Source: a virus
DNA: 64,000 nucleotides
Strand: one strand, 5' to 3'
Virus record (IMG/VR): IMGVR_UViG_3300020051_000004
Part shown: one piece after another, positions 10,701 through 20,646 of the stretch
How the letters are laid out: each line of letters starts with the position of its first letter
Position numbering within the stretch: the stretch's first letter is position 1
The notes under the pieces: model-generated
What the model was told of the DNA's origin: nothing
Database searches by the model: none
The model's input: only the letters and a program-made list of their open reading frames with translations
Translations under genes and position numbers: made by a program

Positions 10701-13700
10701 CGAATTAAAAAGCGGCGGCGGACTTGTTTCGTCTTCTTCTGGTTTTCTTGATAAAGTTTTAGGCGAAGATTTTAAAAGAGGCCGCAAACTTGGAAAAAGG
10801 TCTGGACCTCTTTCTGGCGTCGAAATGGATTTTCTCTCTCAAAGCAAAGGAGCTTCTCGCGGATTTAAAGTTCAAGGGGCGCTTCAAAGTGTTTCCGCTT
10901 TTGGATCAAAGGTTGTGGGACTTTTGCCTGTTGTAGGCCAATTCGCCGCTGGACTGGTTGCGACTGTTAGTATTCTTGATTCTTTTGGTATAGATGTTGT
11001 TGGTAATTTGAGAAAATCTTTTGGCGGCGTTTCTGAAGAAACTGAAAAATTACAAGAGAATTTTAAAGAACTATCTCAGAGCGCTTTTAAAGGTAGCGAG
11101 TTTATTGGTATTGGAGCGGCAGACTTTTCAAGAAGTTTGAAGAATCAACTTTCCGAGATTAAGGAGAGAATTGAGGCGGAAAGACTTGGAGTAGTCACCA
11201 AAGGAAAGACTCAGCCAGAAATCAGAAAAGAAGCCCTTTCAAAAGAGATTGAAAATGTTCTTAATCCGCTAAAAACTGGCAGAACATCTAAACAGAGAGA
11301 ACTTCAAGGCGGATTTATTGGGAGATTTGCAGAAGTAACGAGAGAGGAGTCTTTCTCTAATCTTGACAATAACACTAAGCAAGCTATTCAAAAAACGCTT
11401 GGGCAAATCGCGTTGCAGCCATTTAAAGACCTTAGTAAGGTTGCTGAGTCTCAGTTGGGTCTAACTCCTCAAAAAATCAATGAGCTTGGTTTAACTGGGA
11501 TTAGAAAGCTACTTTTAGAAAAAGCTGCGGCAGATGTTTTTGCCGCCATTAAAGACATTCCGATTGGAAGGGATATTCCAGTTGATTCGGAAAGCAGTCT
11601 TAATTTCTTAACTCAAACTGTCGCAAAATTTTCTCCAAGCGGGGTGAAAGCCGCATTACCCGAAGAAAAAAAAGGAAAGTTAAGACCAACCTCCGACCTT
11701 CAACAAGCTCAGGCACAAGTTAAAGCCGCTCTTGAATTAAGGAAGCTTCAGTTGGACTTCTCTTCGGAGGAAGAGAGAATTCTTCAAACTAGACTTCGTA
11801 CGTCTGAAATTGATGATGTTTCCAAGGCTAATCTTCAGGCTCAACTTGATCTTCTTGCTAAACAGAGAGAGATTCGCTCATCTATTCTTTCCGAAGCCGA
11901 AAGCGGGTTAAATGAACTTCTTTCTCTTGACACAATCAAGGATTCTGACCTATTAACGACGGATATTCAGAAAATTTTAACTGAAATCAAAACTCTTGGC
12001 GGTTCTGCTGATGATGCAAAAGCTAAGATTCAGCAATTATTTTCAGCAGAAAGTTTTGTTAGCAGCACTGAAACTGACAATTTAAAGACTCGCATTTTTG
12101 AGAGACTAGACGGATTAAAACAAATTTCTGCCGAACAGCTTAGACAAGTTGATATTTCTGGAAAGCAAGCGGAGGCCGAAGCGAAAATTCTAACGCAGAT
12201 TCGTGAGCGTCAGCAGTTAATGGATTTAACCTTCTCTTTAAGAAGAATTGGAATCGAAACACAAAAAACTAACCTTGAGGGCCAGATAGGATTAATTGGT
12301 GCTCAAAGTTCTAACCCAAATCTTACTACTCGTCAACAAGATTCTTCTAAAATCAAGGAGTCCGAATTAAGACTTTCCGTTCTTCAGCTTAGCTTGGAAG
12401 ATGAGAGGCTTAAAAAGGAAGAGCAATTAATAAACCTTCAAGATCAATTCGCAAAAGGTCGGATAACAAGCATAGACGTTCTTGAAGAAGAAATTAAAAA
12501 AGTCAATGCTGAGTATAACAATACAACCAAGTCTCTTAACGATCAAATCGCCGCTCTTGAAATTCAGAAGGGGTTAATTGGTGCGATTGTTGGCGAATCA
12601 ACTGCCTATGCAGACTCTATTGATCAAATCACTCGCGGGTTGGGCCAGCGTTCGGCAGACAATAGAGTTGGTCGCTTGCAGGCTAATGACTTGTCTTCAT
12701 TAATGAACAACCTTTCTGAAAGGGCTGCTTTAGATGATTTATCTCAATCTGGATTGTCTGGCGAAGAGGCAATCGCTTTCTTGAGCGAAAGAATAGCTTT
12801 ACGCGAAAAAGAGTCGGAAATTTCTTCGGCCCAAACAGAAGTCCAAAAAGTCCAACTTTCCCAAGAGATGGCCTTGTTGAAGGATATTTTCAGAATCAGA
12901 AAAGAAGGCGGCTCAACTGAAAAACAAATCTCCAAACTAATTGAAGCTCAAAACGCCCGACTAAAAGAGCAGCGCTCAATTAGCGGCGGAGTAGCGAATG
13001 CTCGGGCTCAAATGCAGGACGAAATGAATCAGTTTGGCTCTACTTTCGGAGAAACGGCCACAACAGGTTTTAGAGATGCTCTTTCTGATGCTATGAAAGC
13101 GGCGGCAGACAATACTGGAAATCTTCGCGATGCTCTTCTTGACGTAGCTTTAACTTTTGCCAATAAACTTCGCGATGCGGCTCTTGATAATCTTGCGAAC
13201 ATCTTGACAACTGGCACAACAGGAGAAGGTGGAGCTGTTTCTGGCGCTTTGAAATTCCTTAGTGGGTTATTCAGTGGCGGAGTTCAAGCTAAGGCTGCTG
13301 GCGGCAAAGTAACAGGCGGCACAGGAACAAAGGACGACGTTCCCACTCTTTTGATGGGCGGCGAATACATCATTAACAAAAAATCCGTCCAAAAATACGG
13401 CCCGCAATTCTTTGAAGCGTTGAATAATGGCTCTATTCGTGGAATGGCTACAGGTGGTCAATTCATTCCTGGGACTCGCGGCCAAGGAAAGATCAAGGGC
13501 AATAAAAATCTTCGTAATTTTGCTGGCCAAGCCTATACAAACGGAAACACAGATTTAATTGGAAACTTTGGAAGTGCCGCTGGCGCGTTTTTAGAACCCG
13601 AAAGCCTTCGTTTGTCAACGTTTGCTCGTCAAGCGGATAATCCAATGAATGCGGCGATTTCCGAAACAAAGGACCAAGCGCTCGCTCTTATTTTTGAAGA

Positions 13701-14535
13701 TCAGAATCTAAGAAAACAATATAAAGAACAGCTCAAAGCTATAGCTGAAGCTGAGAAGGCGCAGGACGAAGCTCGTAAAGCTCAGTTGACTCAGTTGTTG
13801 ATTTCGTCTGCGATTAGTGTTGCTGGCGCGGGGTTGAGTTATTACACAGGCGGTTCTGGAGCATCTACTTTAGGAAGTACGGATATGACTGGCGGAAATC
13901 CAGTTAGCCAATTACCTTCCGAATTGGCATATCTTCGTCAATCACCAACTGTTTATACAGGTTCTAGAAGCGTTATCAGGTCTTCATCGTCGGCGGCTAA
14001 TGTTTCTCCGTGGAGAGCAAATACAATGCCTTTGCCTACTGTTGATAACGCTAAACCATTGTACAACACAATTTTTCCAACCGAACTTCTTCCATTAAAC
14101 CCATATCACAACAAGATAGACCTTAATCAAGAATTTTATAGAAATGCTGGTGGAGTTGTCCCAGGAAATGGCTACAAAGACGAGACAAAAATCCTAGCCA
14201 CTGGCGGAGAAGGTGTTGTTCAGCGTCGCGCTATGAAATATCTTGGCGCGGATAATTTAAATAAAATTAATTCGGGCGCAACCATCGGCGTTTCCGAAGA
14301 GAAGTCCGAGGAACTTAACGAAAGGCTTGTCGCGAAGCTTGATGAACTCTCTCAGAAAATGGGTTCTCAAAGCAGTGTCGTTGTTAATGTGTCTATGGAT
14401 AAACAAGGCAATACCAAATCTTCAACTGAAGGCGACCAGTCTAATGACTCTAAGCGCTTAAACAGAATGATCGAAGAAGCTGTTGTTGGAATCTTGAAAA
14501 AGGAGCAAAGACTTGGGGGAGTTCTTAGAAAATGA
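7777..14535 (+). CDS. Tail tape measure protein
   Basis: 2252 aa. N-terminal TP901-type TMP core (AALEFARQG...DALVLTRLSGID...AVDNKFAVSSADL...IGNAIKSILAR), long coiled coils and C-terminal AxGG...D.VP.LL..GEYII motifs. Confidence 0.93.
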   Translation: MANIPTVEIGFTPSERSAINALSRVQSIADKRPIKVAFSTDTKSLKELDSGLGKLSGRADEFTKSLEASNARVLAFGASVSIIAAIQRSFSNLIKSTIDVEAAFKKISVVGDQFAKTSGDLERFGRGIFDIARQTGQAFDVTSEAALEFARQGLSASETLTRVKDALVLTRLSGIDAASSVEGLTATVNAFKKEGVTTTDVLNKLIAVDNKFAVSSADLIESLKRSASVAQSSNVSLDELIATTTALQEVTARGGPVIGNAIKSILARSGRSETIQAFRNLKVEVQDINGNLRPSIELLTDFSSKIKNLPQLQKNQAISDLAGVYQLNTGTALIDILAELETGASRYRDALSTTKEATNEADVANRKLNESLDSQLKALLATGTELGSLIGNISIAPLLSEGLSKVSGVGDFLIKELRASGPNLTKAAFEVLQDAFLVAGTAGAAAIVLFVKKFAIFAKDSISTVLGLNAAQKNQENIQLSILNVLRSRQDIAQQIYNLSGNEVAQTQVLANLYKRIADENARNLSISNAVAKNMSGAFVVGSSGVPVQKGKARGASRGFVPDLVQAEFNDVKRGVGGAKSNSGIIVLDDFPMGGGKKGPMVMNSSEAIMPMGSKGAAVLNQDMLDRMGYGKRAARGDVPYLSKAENSVRAELQKKRQDELKKLEKEASDALKAKQKAELDAAKAAEKQAKAAQREQEKLANQEIAEAKKRQKALEKANKERERADKIAQETARKSAEAELKAAKAKEEDFKKKFPVTAQLQRDQQLRVSGKLLPPISGGFGAFGRSTQEDVSRLISSAQLEKARKSLGGQFIDLFGSSLYPQNKTQFSGLAQAPTVLSGESFRKRQELVAGIEASQNPPISERLRQQRERIAAGPRFLAGPAEGKLSLTDRLGEKSIQSINDVSRALSDLAPEFIRAKKTFSEASIELGAQVSGVFFGASVVENGLKGLGYEVGNMVNVVRDATIAFLAIKKLGELKSGGGLVSSSSGFLDKVLGEDFKRGRKLGKRSGPLSGVEMDFLSQSKGASRGFKVQGALQSVSAFGSKVVGLLPVVGQFAAGLVATVSILDSFGIDVVGNLRKSFGGVSEETEKLQENFKELSQSAFKGSEFIGIGAADFSRSLKNQLSEIKERIEAERLGVVTKGKTQPEIRKEALSKEIENVLNPLKTGRTSKQRELQGGFIGRFAEVTREESFSNLDNNTKQAIQKTLGQIALQPFKDLSKVAESQLGLTPQKINELGLTGIRKLLLEKAAADVFAAIKDIPIGRDIPVDSESSLNFLTQTVAKFSPSGVKAALPEEKKGKLRPTSDLQQAQAQVKAALELRKLQLDFSSEEERILQTRLRTSEIDDVSKANLQAQLDLLAKQREIRSSILSEAESGLNELLSLDTIKDSDLLTTDIQKILTEIKTLGGSADDAKAKIQQLFSAESFVSSTETDNLKTRIFERLDGLKQISAEQLRQVDISGKQAEAEAKILTQIRERQQLMDLTFSLRRIGIETQKTNLEGQIGLIGAQSSNPNLTTRQQDSSKIKESELRLSVLQLSLEDERLKKEEQLINLQDQFAKGRITSIDVLEEEIKKVNAEYNNTTKSLNDQIAALEIQKGLIGAIVGESTAYADSIDQITRGLGQRSADNRVGRLQANDLSSLMNNLSERAALDDLSQSGLSGEEAIAFLSERIALREKESEISSAQTEVQKVQLSQEMALLKDIFRIRKEGGSTEKQISKLIEAQNARLKEQRSISGGVANARAQMQDEMNQFGSTFGETATTGFRDALSDAMKAAADNTGNLRDALLDVALTFANKLRDAALDNLANILTTGTTGEGGAVSGALKFLSGLFSGGVQAKAAGGKVTGGTGTKDDVPTLLMGGEYIINKKSVQKYGPQFFEALNNGSIRGMATGGQFIPGTRGQGKIKGNKNLRNFAGQAYTNGNTDLIGNFGSAAGAFLEPESLRLSTFARQADNPMNAAISETKDQALALIFEDQNLRKQYKEQLKAIAEAEKAQDEARKAQLTQLLISSAISVAGAGLSYYTGGSGASTLGSTDMTGGNPVSQLPSELAYLRQSPTVYTGSRSVIRSSSSAANVSPWRANTMPLPTVDNAKPLYNTIFPTELLPLNPYHNKIDLNQEFYRNAGGVVPGNGYKDETKILATGGEGVVQRRAMKYLGADNLNKINSGATIGVSEEKSEELNERLVAKLDELSQKMGSQSSVVVNVSMDKQGNTKSSTEGDQSNDSKRLNRMIEEAVVGILKKEQRLGGVLRK

Positions 14536-15323
14536 CCCAGTTACTAAACCAAGACAACATTTTTTACCTGAACGGCCAAAAACTTTCGGGCGTTTCTAAT
14601 TTATCTCTTGGGTACACTAACCCACTTGAGAATTATTTAACTTTGGGCGCAAAGAATTTTGGTTATTTTTTGAATGGGCCTATCGAGTCATCCTTAGAGA
14701 TTAGTCGTTCGTTGATTTATTCTGACCCGTTGTTAGCTTTTACGGGCGATTCTTTTTTCTCTGGGAACTTTTCTTATGGAGGCAAAAGCTATTCTTTTCA
14801 AAGCGGCTATTTGACCAATTATTCCGTGAGTTGTTCTGTAGGAGAAATTCCGCAAGTTTCTTCAAGAATTTCTATTTTAGGGGAATTTAAAAGCGGCGAA
14901 AACTTTTTGTCGGAACAAGTTAATGATGGTTTGTTTATCCCATCCCCAAGAACAATCTCTGTTTCTGGATTGGATTTCTCGTCAAACAGAGTTCGCTCGT
15001 TCAACTATTCTTTAGAAGTTCAGAAGCAGCCAATCTTCTCTTTAGAAGGTGGCAGAACGGCCCAATCAGTTAATTTTATTTCGCCCATTAATGTTTCTTT
15101 GTCCGTGGAAATTGAAATGGCCAATTCAGCTATCAGGGATTCTTTCTCTTACTGCGAAAAGAAGGCTGATGATTCTGTTATTATAACTATAAATGATCGA
15201 ACGCTTAACAATTCTATATCTTCGTTTGAAGTTCCAAACTCTACTCTTCTTGGTGAAAGCGTCCAAGTTTCTAGCGATGGTCAACCTGTAAAATCCTTAA
15301 CTTTTGGAGGATTTTTAGAGTGA
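14532..15323 (+). CDS. Tail protein, tube-fold paralogue (distal tail-like)
   Basis: Follows the TMP with an ATGA overlap. Shares SYxxSxxVGEIP and RVxS...PIxxxLSV segments with the tube protein. Confidence 0.55.
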   Translation: MTQLLNQDNIFYLNGQKLSGVSNLSLGYTNPLENYLTLGAKNFGYFLNGPIESSLEISRSLIYSDPLLAFTGDSFFSGNFSYGGKSYSFQSGYLTNYSVSCSVGEIPQVSSRISILGEFKSGENFLSEQVNDGLFIPSPRTISVSGLDFSSNRVRSFNYSLEVQKQPIFSLEGGRTAQSVNFISPINVSLSVEIEMANSAIRDSFSYCEKKADDSVIITINDRTLNNSISSFEVPNSTLLGESVQVSSDGQPVKSLTFGGFLE

Positions 15324-17581
15324 GCGACTTATTTTACGATAGGGATAGAAACATTTCAGGCATCTCTGATTTAGAGACTATTGAATATCAGCCAATTTTT
15401 GGATCAAGCGTCACGTTTTCTACGAGAGCTAATTCTCTGACTTATCCAAACAGAGTCAACAGAAGAATGGGCCAATCCTTAAACTCTGTAATCGCAGAGT
15501 ATGATTTATCTTTTCAGCTTAATGACGCTAACGCTCAAAAGTTAATCAACTACTTAGAATCTAGAAGCGGCGTTTTGCCCGTTTCTCTTTCTGACTCTTC
15601 TAGCATCTATAAGCCCATCACAGGTTTTGCTGATGAATTTTCTTGGGCCACAAAAGGAAATCTTGAAAACGACATATCCTTAAAAGCAGTTGTTGACAAT
15701 CGTTCGCCGCAATTAAATTGGAGTGGATTAGCTTTTGTCGATAACACTTTTAAAATTTGGAAAACTGGGGAACTTGTTCAGCCTTATGAGATTAGATATT
15801 TTGACTATGACGGCCAAAATAAATTCAACAATTACTTTTATTGCACGGGCGAACATTTTTCAACTTACGAAAACGGCCCATTCTCCTCTGGAAGTTTGTG
15901 GACGCAAAATCTTTTCTTAAACGAGTCTCTTGATTATTCAATTTCATCAAAGCCTGATGTTTCAAAGATGGAGTTCAACAACTCTTTCTATTCTCGAATA
16001 AAGACAAAGAAAAACATTCACTCTATTGAAAACTTAACGCTGAAATTTGAAGGTCTTAGCGACGTTCAAACAAAAGCTATTCTTCATTTTGCGGAAAGTA
16101 AATTCGGCGAATTAAAATTTCAATATCAGATTCCAAAAATCTACAATCGCCCGAAAGTTTTTTATTGCCCAACGTGGAGGCATACATGGATTTTTCAAAA
16201 CTCGAACACTGTTGAGTTGGATTTAGTGGAAGATTCGCTAGGCATTTTGCCCAAGAATAATTCTCCAAGCGTTTCTTTTTCTCAAAGAGATTCCACTGAC
16301 CATTTAGAGTTCTCTCTCGAAAGCCAGAACGGCGCAACGGTTATCAAGTCAGGAGATATTCAAAATGTTTTCAGTGACGGGGAAATTAAAATTAATTGGC
16401 AAAACTCGCCCCAAACAGTTTCAATTTTCGGCGCTCCAGAGAAAATTGAGGCGCACAATCAGTTTTTGTGGTCGTTCAATGTTGCAGAATCTAGCTCGTT
16501 GAGAGAACTGGATTTAAGTTCTTGCAATCTTGAGACAATTAATTTCTCCAATAACAAGAAACTTTCTTACGTCGATTTATCAAATAACTCATTAAAGGAG
16601 CTTGACTTAGGCTTAATGAAATCTTTGAAGAGTTTGAACATTTCCAACAACAGAATCTCATCCTTGGATTTAACAAGGTGTTCTGGAATCACTGGGATTA
16701 AATGCGGCGGAAATAAGATTAGCGGCGCTTCTTTTTCTTCGGCCCTTGATGCTTTAGTGAACTACGAGAACTTTTCTGGGGAATTTTTAGCGGCAGATTC
16801 TAATTATGTGGATTTTGCCTCTAATTCTCCTCTGCCAGCCAGTTCATTAAATGATTTCGCCGTTCTTGGATGGAGAGGATGGAATCTTTCTTTCGATAAC
16901 GCGAAAACGCCGCTAGATGTTTCTGGTTACGGTAAGCCAGTTTTGTATTTTAATCAAGACTCGCTAAAAGACAAGCAAAATGGAGAACATATATTCACTT
17001 GGGATGATTCTATTAGAAATTTTGATGCTTCTAGGATCGTTGTATCTGATAGCCTTAAGCCAGAAATTATAAAAGATGAATTTGCTGGCGGCAGAAGTGC
17101 TTTGAGATTTAATGGGGAATCTTGCTTGGCGCAGGTTAATTCTTTAAATTCGCCGATTCATTATTCTATTTTTGCCGTGGTAAAGCCAGCGAGTAGTGGA
17201 ATGATGTGTGTGTTTTCAGATTACTGGAATCGTGGCATGTACGTTTCTGGCAACAAGCTCTTGTCAAAAACAAACATGGGAAGCACTCAGCTTGGGGAAC
17301 TTTCTACTGGCTATAATGTTGTTGGTATTTATACGAGCGGCGTTGTTGTTTCTGGTTCAATTAACTCTCAAACACCAATTACTGGCGCTCCAAGACTTGG
17401 AACATCGAATATTGTTTTGCCAGGGTCGATTGGTCTTCCAAGATACGGCGCTAGCGGAATTTTAAGCGGGCAAAATGGTTTTGTTGGAGAGATTTCTGAG
17501 ATTGCTTTGTTCACTGGCGACGTGAACTTTGGTAAAGTAATGAGAGACTTGGGCGCAAAACACGGATTGGAGATTTTATGA
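15320..17581 (+). CDS. Minor tail protein with leucine-rich repeats and C-terminal LamG-like lectin domain
   Basis: Two minor-tail-like N-terminal domains, LRRs (LRELDLSSCNL, LSYVDLSNNSL, LKSLNISNNRI) and a C-terminal ALRFNG...FVGEISEIALF. Confidence 0.65.
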   Translation: MSDLFYDRDRNISGISDLETIEYQPIFGSSVTFSTRANSLTYPNRVNRRMGQSLNSVIAEYDLSFQLNDANAQKLINYLESRSGVLPVSLSDSSSIYKPITGFADEFSWATKGNLENDISLKAVVDNRSPQLNWSGLAFVDNTFKIWKTGELVQPYEIRYFDYDGQNKFNNYFYCTGEHFSTYENGPFSSGSLWTQNLFLNESLDYSISSKPDVSKMEFNNSFYSRIKTKKNIHSIENLTLKFEGLSDVQTKAILHFAESKFGELKFQYQIPKIYNRPKVFYCPTWRHTWIFQNSNTVELDLVEDSLGILPKNNSPSVSFSQRDSTDHLEFSLESQNGATVIKSGDIQNVFSDGEIKINWQNSPQTVSIFGAPEKIEAHNQFLWSFNVAESSSLRELDLSSCNLETINFSNNKKLSYVDLSNNSLKELDLGLMKSLKSLNISNNRISSLDLTRCSGITGIKCGGNKISGASFSSALDALVNYENFSGEFLAADSNYVDFASNSPLPASSLNDFAVLGWRGWNLSFDNAKTPLDVSGYGKPVLYFNQDSLKDKQNGEHIFTWDDSIRNFDASRIVVSDSLKPEIIKDEFAGGRSALRFNGESCLAQVNSLNSPIHYSIFAVVKPASSGMMCVFSDYWNRGMYVSGNKLLSKTNMGSTQLGELSTGYNVVGIYTSGVVVSGSINSQTPITGAPRLGTSNIVLPGSIGLPRYGASGILSGQNGFVGEISEIALFTGDVNFGKVMRDLGAKHGLEIL

Positions 17582-19233
17582 GCAGACATTACATTAAAAG
17601 CAACTCTATTCTTGTCGCTGTAGATTCTTACGATTCAGGCAACGGCGATCAAAGAGGCTTGTCGTTCTTGGGTCTTCAAGATTCTTTTGGCTTTAGCGTG
17701 GAGATTCCGAAAGTTTCAGCGGGTCAAGTTGGTTCACAAAAACTAGCTTACGAAGAACCTAGTTTTGCGCCAGAGATTTCTTTTGACTTGTCTTTCATTC
17801 CTACTCGGACTTTTGCTAATGAAAATGTTTTAGGGCTCAATTTTGGATACAATAATGAGTTTCTTAGTGTTTTAAATGGCCGCTCTGAGTCTAGCTTTAA
17901 TGTTTATTTGTTTACCTCTGAAAAACAGTCGTATGACTTCATTAATCAAATTAGAAACGCCGAAAGTTTAAATGGCGTTGAGTGCTTGGCCTTGGGAAAT
18001 TGTTTTATCACTCAGTATGGATTCTCTATGCGCGTGAGTGATTTGGCAAGAGCTACAGCATCTTTTGTTTCGTCAAACATTGAGGCAAGCATAGTTTCTG
18101 GCGACAGGGTAAAAATGCCCAACGTAGATTTAAACTCAGGAGATTCGCCGCTTCATTATTTATCTCTTGATTGGCCGCAAATTAGAGTAGCGCTTGACGA
18201 ACTAACCAAAGAGGCTCAACCGATTTTGCCCACAACTGAGGTAAAATTCTATATGGGCGCGGAAAATTTAGAAACGCCGTCTGCAATTATTTCGCCGCTA
18301 AAAGATGCCAAGATTCAGTCATTAGACTTTGGACTTTCTATTCCTCGCGAAACGAGTTATCGTTTTGGCAGTAATTTTCCTTGCGGGCGCAAAATTAAAT
18401 ATCCTGTTCAAGGGCAACTCAATGTTTCGTCCATCGTTTCTCAGTATTCAACTGGAAGTTTTTCTGGAATCATGGGCGGAATGCAAAAACAAAATGTGGT
18501 TTTGAACTTTTTAGACCCCCAAGAAGTTTATTTATCGGGCAAAAGTTTTGCTGAATTATCTGGATTCTTGACTACTGGAACGCTCGGGCCAACTGGATTT
18601 TTCACGGAAAGCAGAAGTTTAAAATTAGAAGCGGCTAAATTAAATTCTTACTCCCAGAGTTTTCCGATTAATGAGTTGGTAACTTCTGAGTTTTCCTTTT
18701 CCTTCCAATGCAGCGAAAGCGGCGGACTGATGCAGAAATTTGGAGTCTTATCTGACGGCGCTCAACCTCCTCATTTATACTCATCTGATTCTAGAAAAAT
18801 CTACGACCCAAGTGGAAATTTGCTGACTATTGACCCATTCTTGTATATTTACGACGAAAACTGTGAGAAAAATTACTTACTTGATGGCGAAAATAATTTA
18901 ATTCTTGCTGATAACTGGACAGAAGAGGATATGAATGCTTGCTTATATGTTTCCCCTCCAAGTCCAGCGCCAGATATTTTGTCTGCTGCTTATCAAGGAG
19001 TGAACGAATCTGTTATTGTCGAGTGGCAACTTTCTGACGTTTTCGATTACCACGCACTAGAAAGATCAACTGACGGAACTAATTATCAAGAATTGCAGAG
19101 AATTTATACTTCAGATACCCAGTATTTCGATGAAAATCTTCCAGCTTTCGGAATTACTCTTTGGTATAGGGTGAAGGCTCATTATTTTGGCAACGTGACA
19201 ATTGGAGCGCCGTTATCAGTATATATTCCCTAA
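17578..19233 (+). CDS. Tail protein, tube-fold paralogue with C-terminal fibronectin type III domain
   Basis: N-terminal ~390 aa align by eye to the tube protein. C-terminus PSPAP...VEWQ...LERSTDG...YFDENL...YRVKA is FN3-like. Confidence 0.6.
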   Translation: MSRHYIKSNSILVAVDSYDSGNGDQRGLSFLGLQDSFGFSVEIPKVSAGQVGSQKLAYEEPSFAPEISFDLSFIPTRTFANENVLGLNFGYNNEFLSVLNGRSESSFNVYLFTSEKQSYDFINQIRNAESLNGVECLALGNCFITQYGFSMRVSDLARATASFVSSNIEASIVSGDRVKMPNVDLNSGDSPLHYLSLDWPQIRVALDELTKEAQPILPTTEVKFYMGAENLETPSAIISPLKDAKIQSLDFGLSIPRETSYRFGSNFPCGRKIKYPVQGQLNVSSIVSQYSTGSFSGIMGGMQKQNVVLNFLDPQEVYLSGKSFAELSGFLTTGTLGPTGFFTESRSLKLEAAKLNSYSQSFPINELVTSEFSFSFQCSESGGLMQKFGVLSDGAQPPHLYSSDSRKIYDPSGNLLTIDPFLYIYDENCEKNYLLDGENNLILADNWTEEDMNACLYVSPPSPAPDILSAAYQGVNESVIVEWQLSDVFDYHALERSTDGTNYQELQRIYTSDTQYFDENLPAFGITLWYRVKAHYFGNVTIGAPLSVYIP

Positions 19234-19254
19234 GTGTAAATCTATCTAAGGAAT

Positions 19255-20646
19255 ATGGCTGGCGTTTTTTCACTTACAAACTCTTCTGCAAGACTTGATC
19301 AAGCGATCAATGCAGTTCACAGCGGACTTTTCCCCAACTCTTCTGGAGTTATTTACTCTACAGGAAATCAAACCGTCACTGGAAACAAGACTTTTGCTAG
19401 CCAATTAGTAGCAGATGGTCTTTTCAAGGCTTCTGGCAGCGTTTCTGGCGAGCTTTCGCCGCATTCTAATGGGTTGGTTCCTCTTGGCTCCCCAACGAAG
19501 CGTTTCGGCATGGCTTATGCGACGGGGTTTTCTGGTGACAACGCCCATTTCAATGGCAATGTTACGATTCTTGGTTCGCTAAACGCTAACATTAACATTG
19601 CCGCTACTGGTTTATCAGCCATAACTGTTACAGGAACAGGGTTCTTTGAAAACATTAGAGTAACTGGCGAAAGCTCTTTTGGCGGTACATCAACTTTTTC
19701 GGGCGCTAGCAATTTTTCTGGGAACAATAATTTTAGCGGCCAAAATGTTTTCGGGTCAACTGTTTCATTCAAATCTTCTGTATTTTTTGAAGCGGGCCAA
19801 AATGTTTCTGGCGCAGCTAATTTTAGAGGTGGCTTAATCGCTCATTCTGGAGTTACAGCTACAGGAGCTTTTTCTCACGAAGGTCGGGCAACTCTTACGG
19901 GTGATTTCTTTCACGACGGAACAATTCGTCAAACAGGAAATTCTTTTTTAATTGGGAATCTTAGTGTTGGTGGAAGCACTAATCTTACTGGCGATTTTAC
20001 AGTAAATGGCGGCGCAGTTTTAGTTAAAGGTTCTACTTTTTTCACGACTGGTTCCAGCCCTGCTGACCGTCTCGGAATTAACCAGAACGTTGATCAAACT
20101 GGCGACTACAATTTAACAGGCTCTCTTAGAGTTTCCAGTCAAGCATATTTTACTGGCGGTGCGACTTTCAAAGGAACATCTTTCTTTGAAACCCAGAGAA
20201 TTTCGGGCGATTTATTTCAAAGTGGTTCATCCACATTTACAGGAACTCAAACTGTCACTGGAAACTCTACTGTCGTTGGTAATGCTAATATTAGTGGCTC
20301 CACTAGAATCAGTGGCAACCTAACTGTTGTTGGCAATACTGGAAATTCTGTATCTTTTGAAACTTTTGTTAAGCCTTATGTTGTTGCTAGCGGTATTGGA
20401 ACCTCTAGAATCGACACCTTGACAATGAGTAATTTTTGGAATGGCGGAATCGCTGTTGCTCCAGGAACAGGTATTTGGATCACGGCTTATTCTGGAAGAA
20501 TAGGAGAGCAGGCTTTACTTTTGACTGGCTGTAGCACAAGCGCTGCTCATAACAATGACTTACCAACTGGCACGTACGGAAGAGTTATTACTCTTACCTG
20601 CGCTGGAATGAGAAACGGTTCTGGCGTTTGGCATCCACGTCTTTAA
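19255..20646 (+). CDS. Tail fibre/spike with beta-helical repeats
   Basis: GNQTVTGNKTF fibre motif, then ~6-residue xx(S/T)G repeats. Own GTGTAA motif upstream. Confidence 0.7.
   Translation: MAGVFSLTNSSARLDQAINAVHSGLFPNSSGVIYSTGNQTVTGNKTFASQLVADGLFKASGSVSGELSPHSNGLVPLGSPTKRFGMAYATGFSGDNAHFNGNVTILGSLNANINIAATGLSAITVTGTGFFENIRVTGESSFGGTSTFSGASNFSGNNNFSGQNVFGSTVSFKSSVFFEAGQNVSGAANFRGGLIAHSGVTATGAFSHEGRATLTGDFFHDGTIRQTGNSFLIGNLSVGGSTNLTGDFTVNGGAVLVKGSTFFTTGSSPADRLGINQNVDQTGDYNLTGSLRVSSQAYFTGGATFKGTSFFETQRISGDLFQSGSSTFTGTQTVTGNSTVVGNANISGSTRISGNLTVVGNTGNSVSFETFVKPYVVASGIGTSRIDTLTMSNFWNGGIAVAPGTGIWITAYSGRIGEQALLLTGCSTSAAHNNDLPTGTYGRVITLTCAGMRNGSGVWHPRL

Noticed and set aside
8229-19772. Short antisense and alternate-frame ORFs within long genes (also throughout the window)
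   Set aside because: Shadows of the real coding frames, with no motifs or expression signals.
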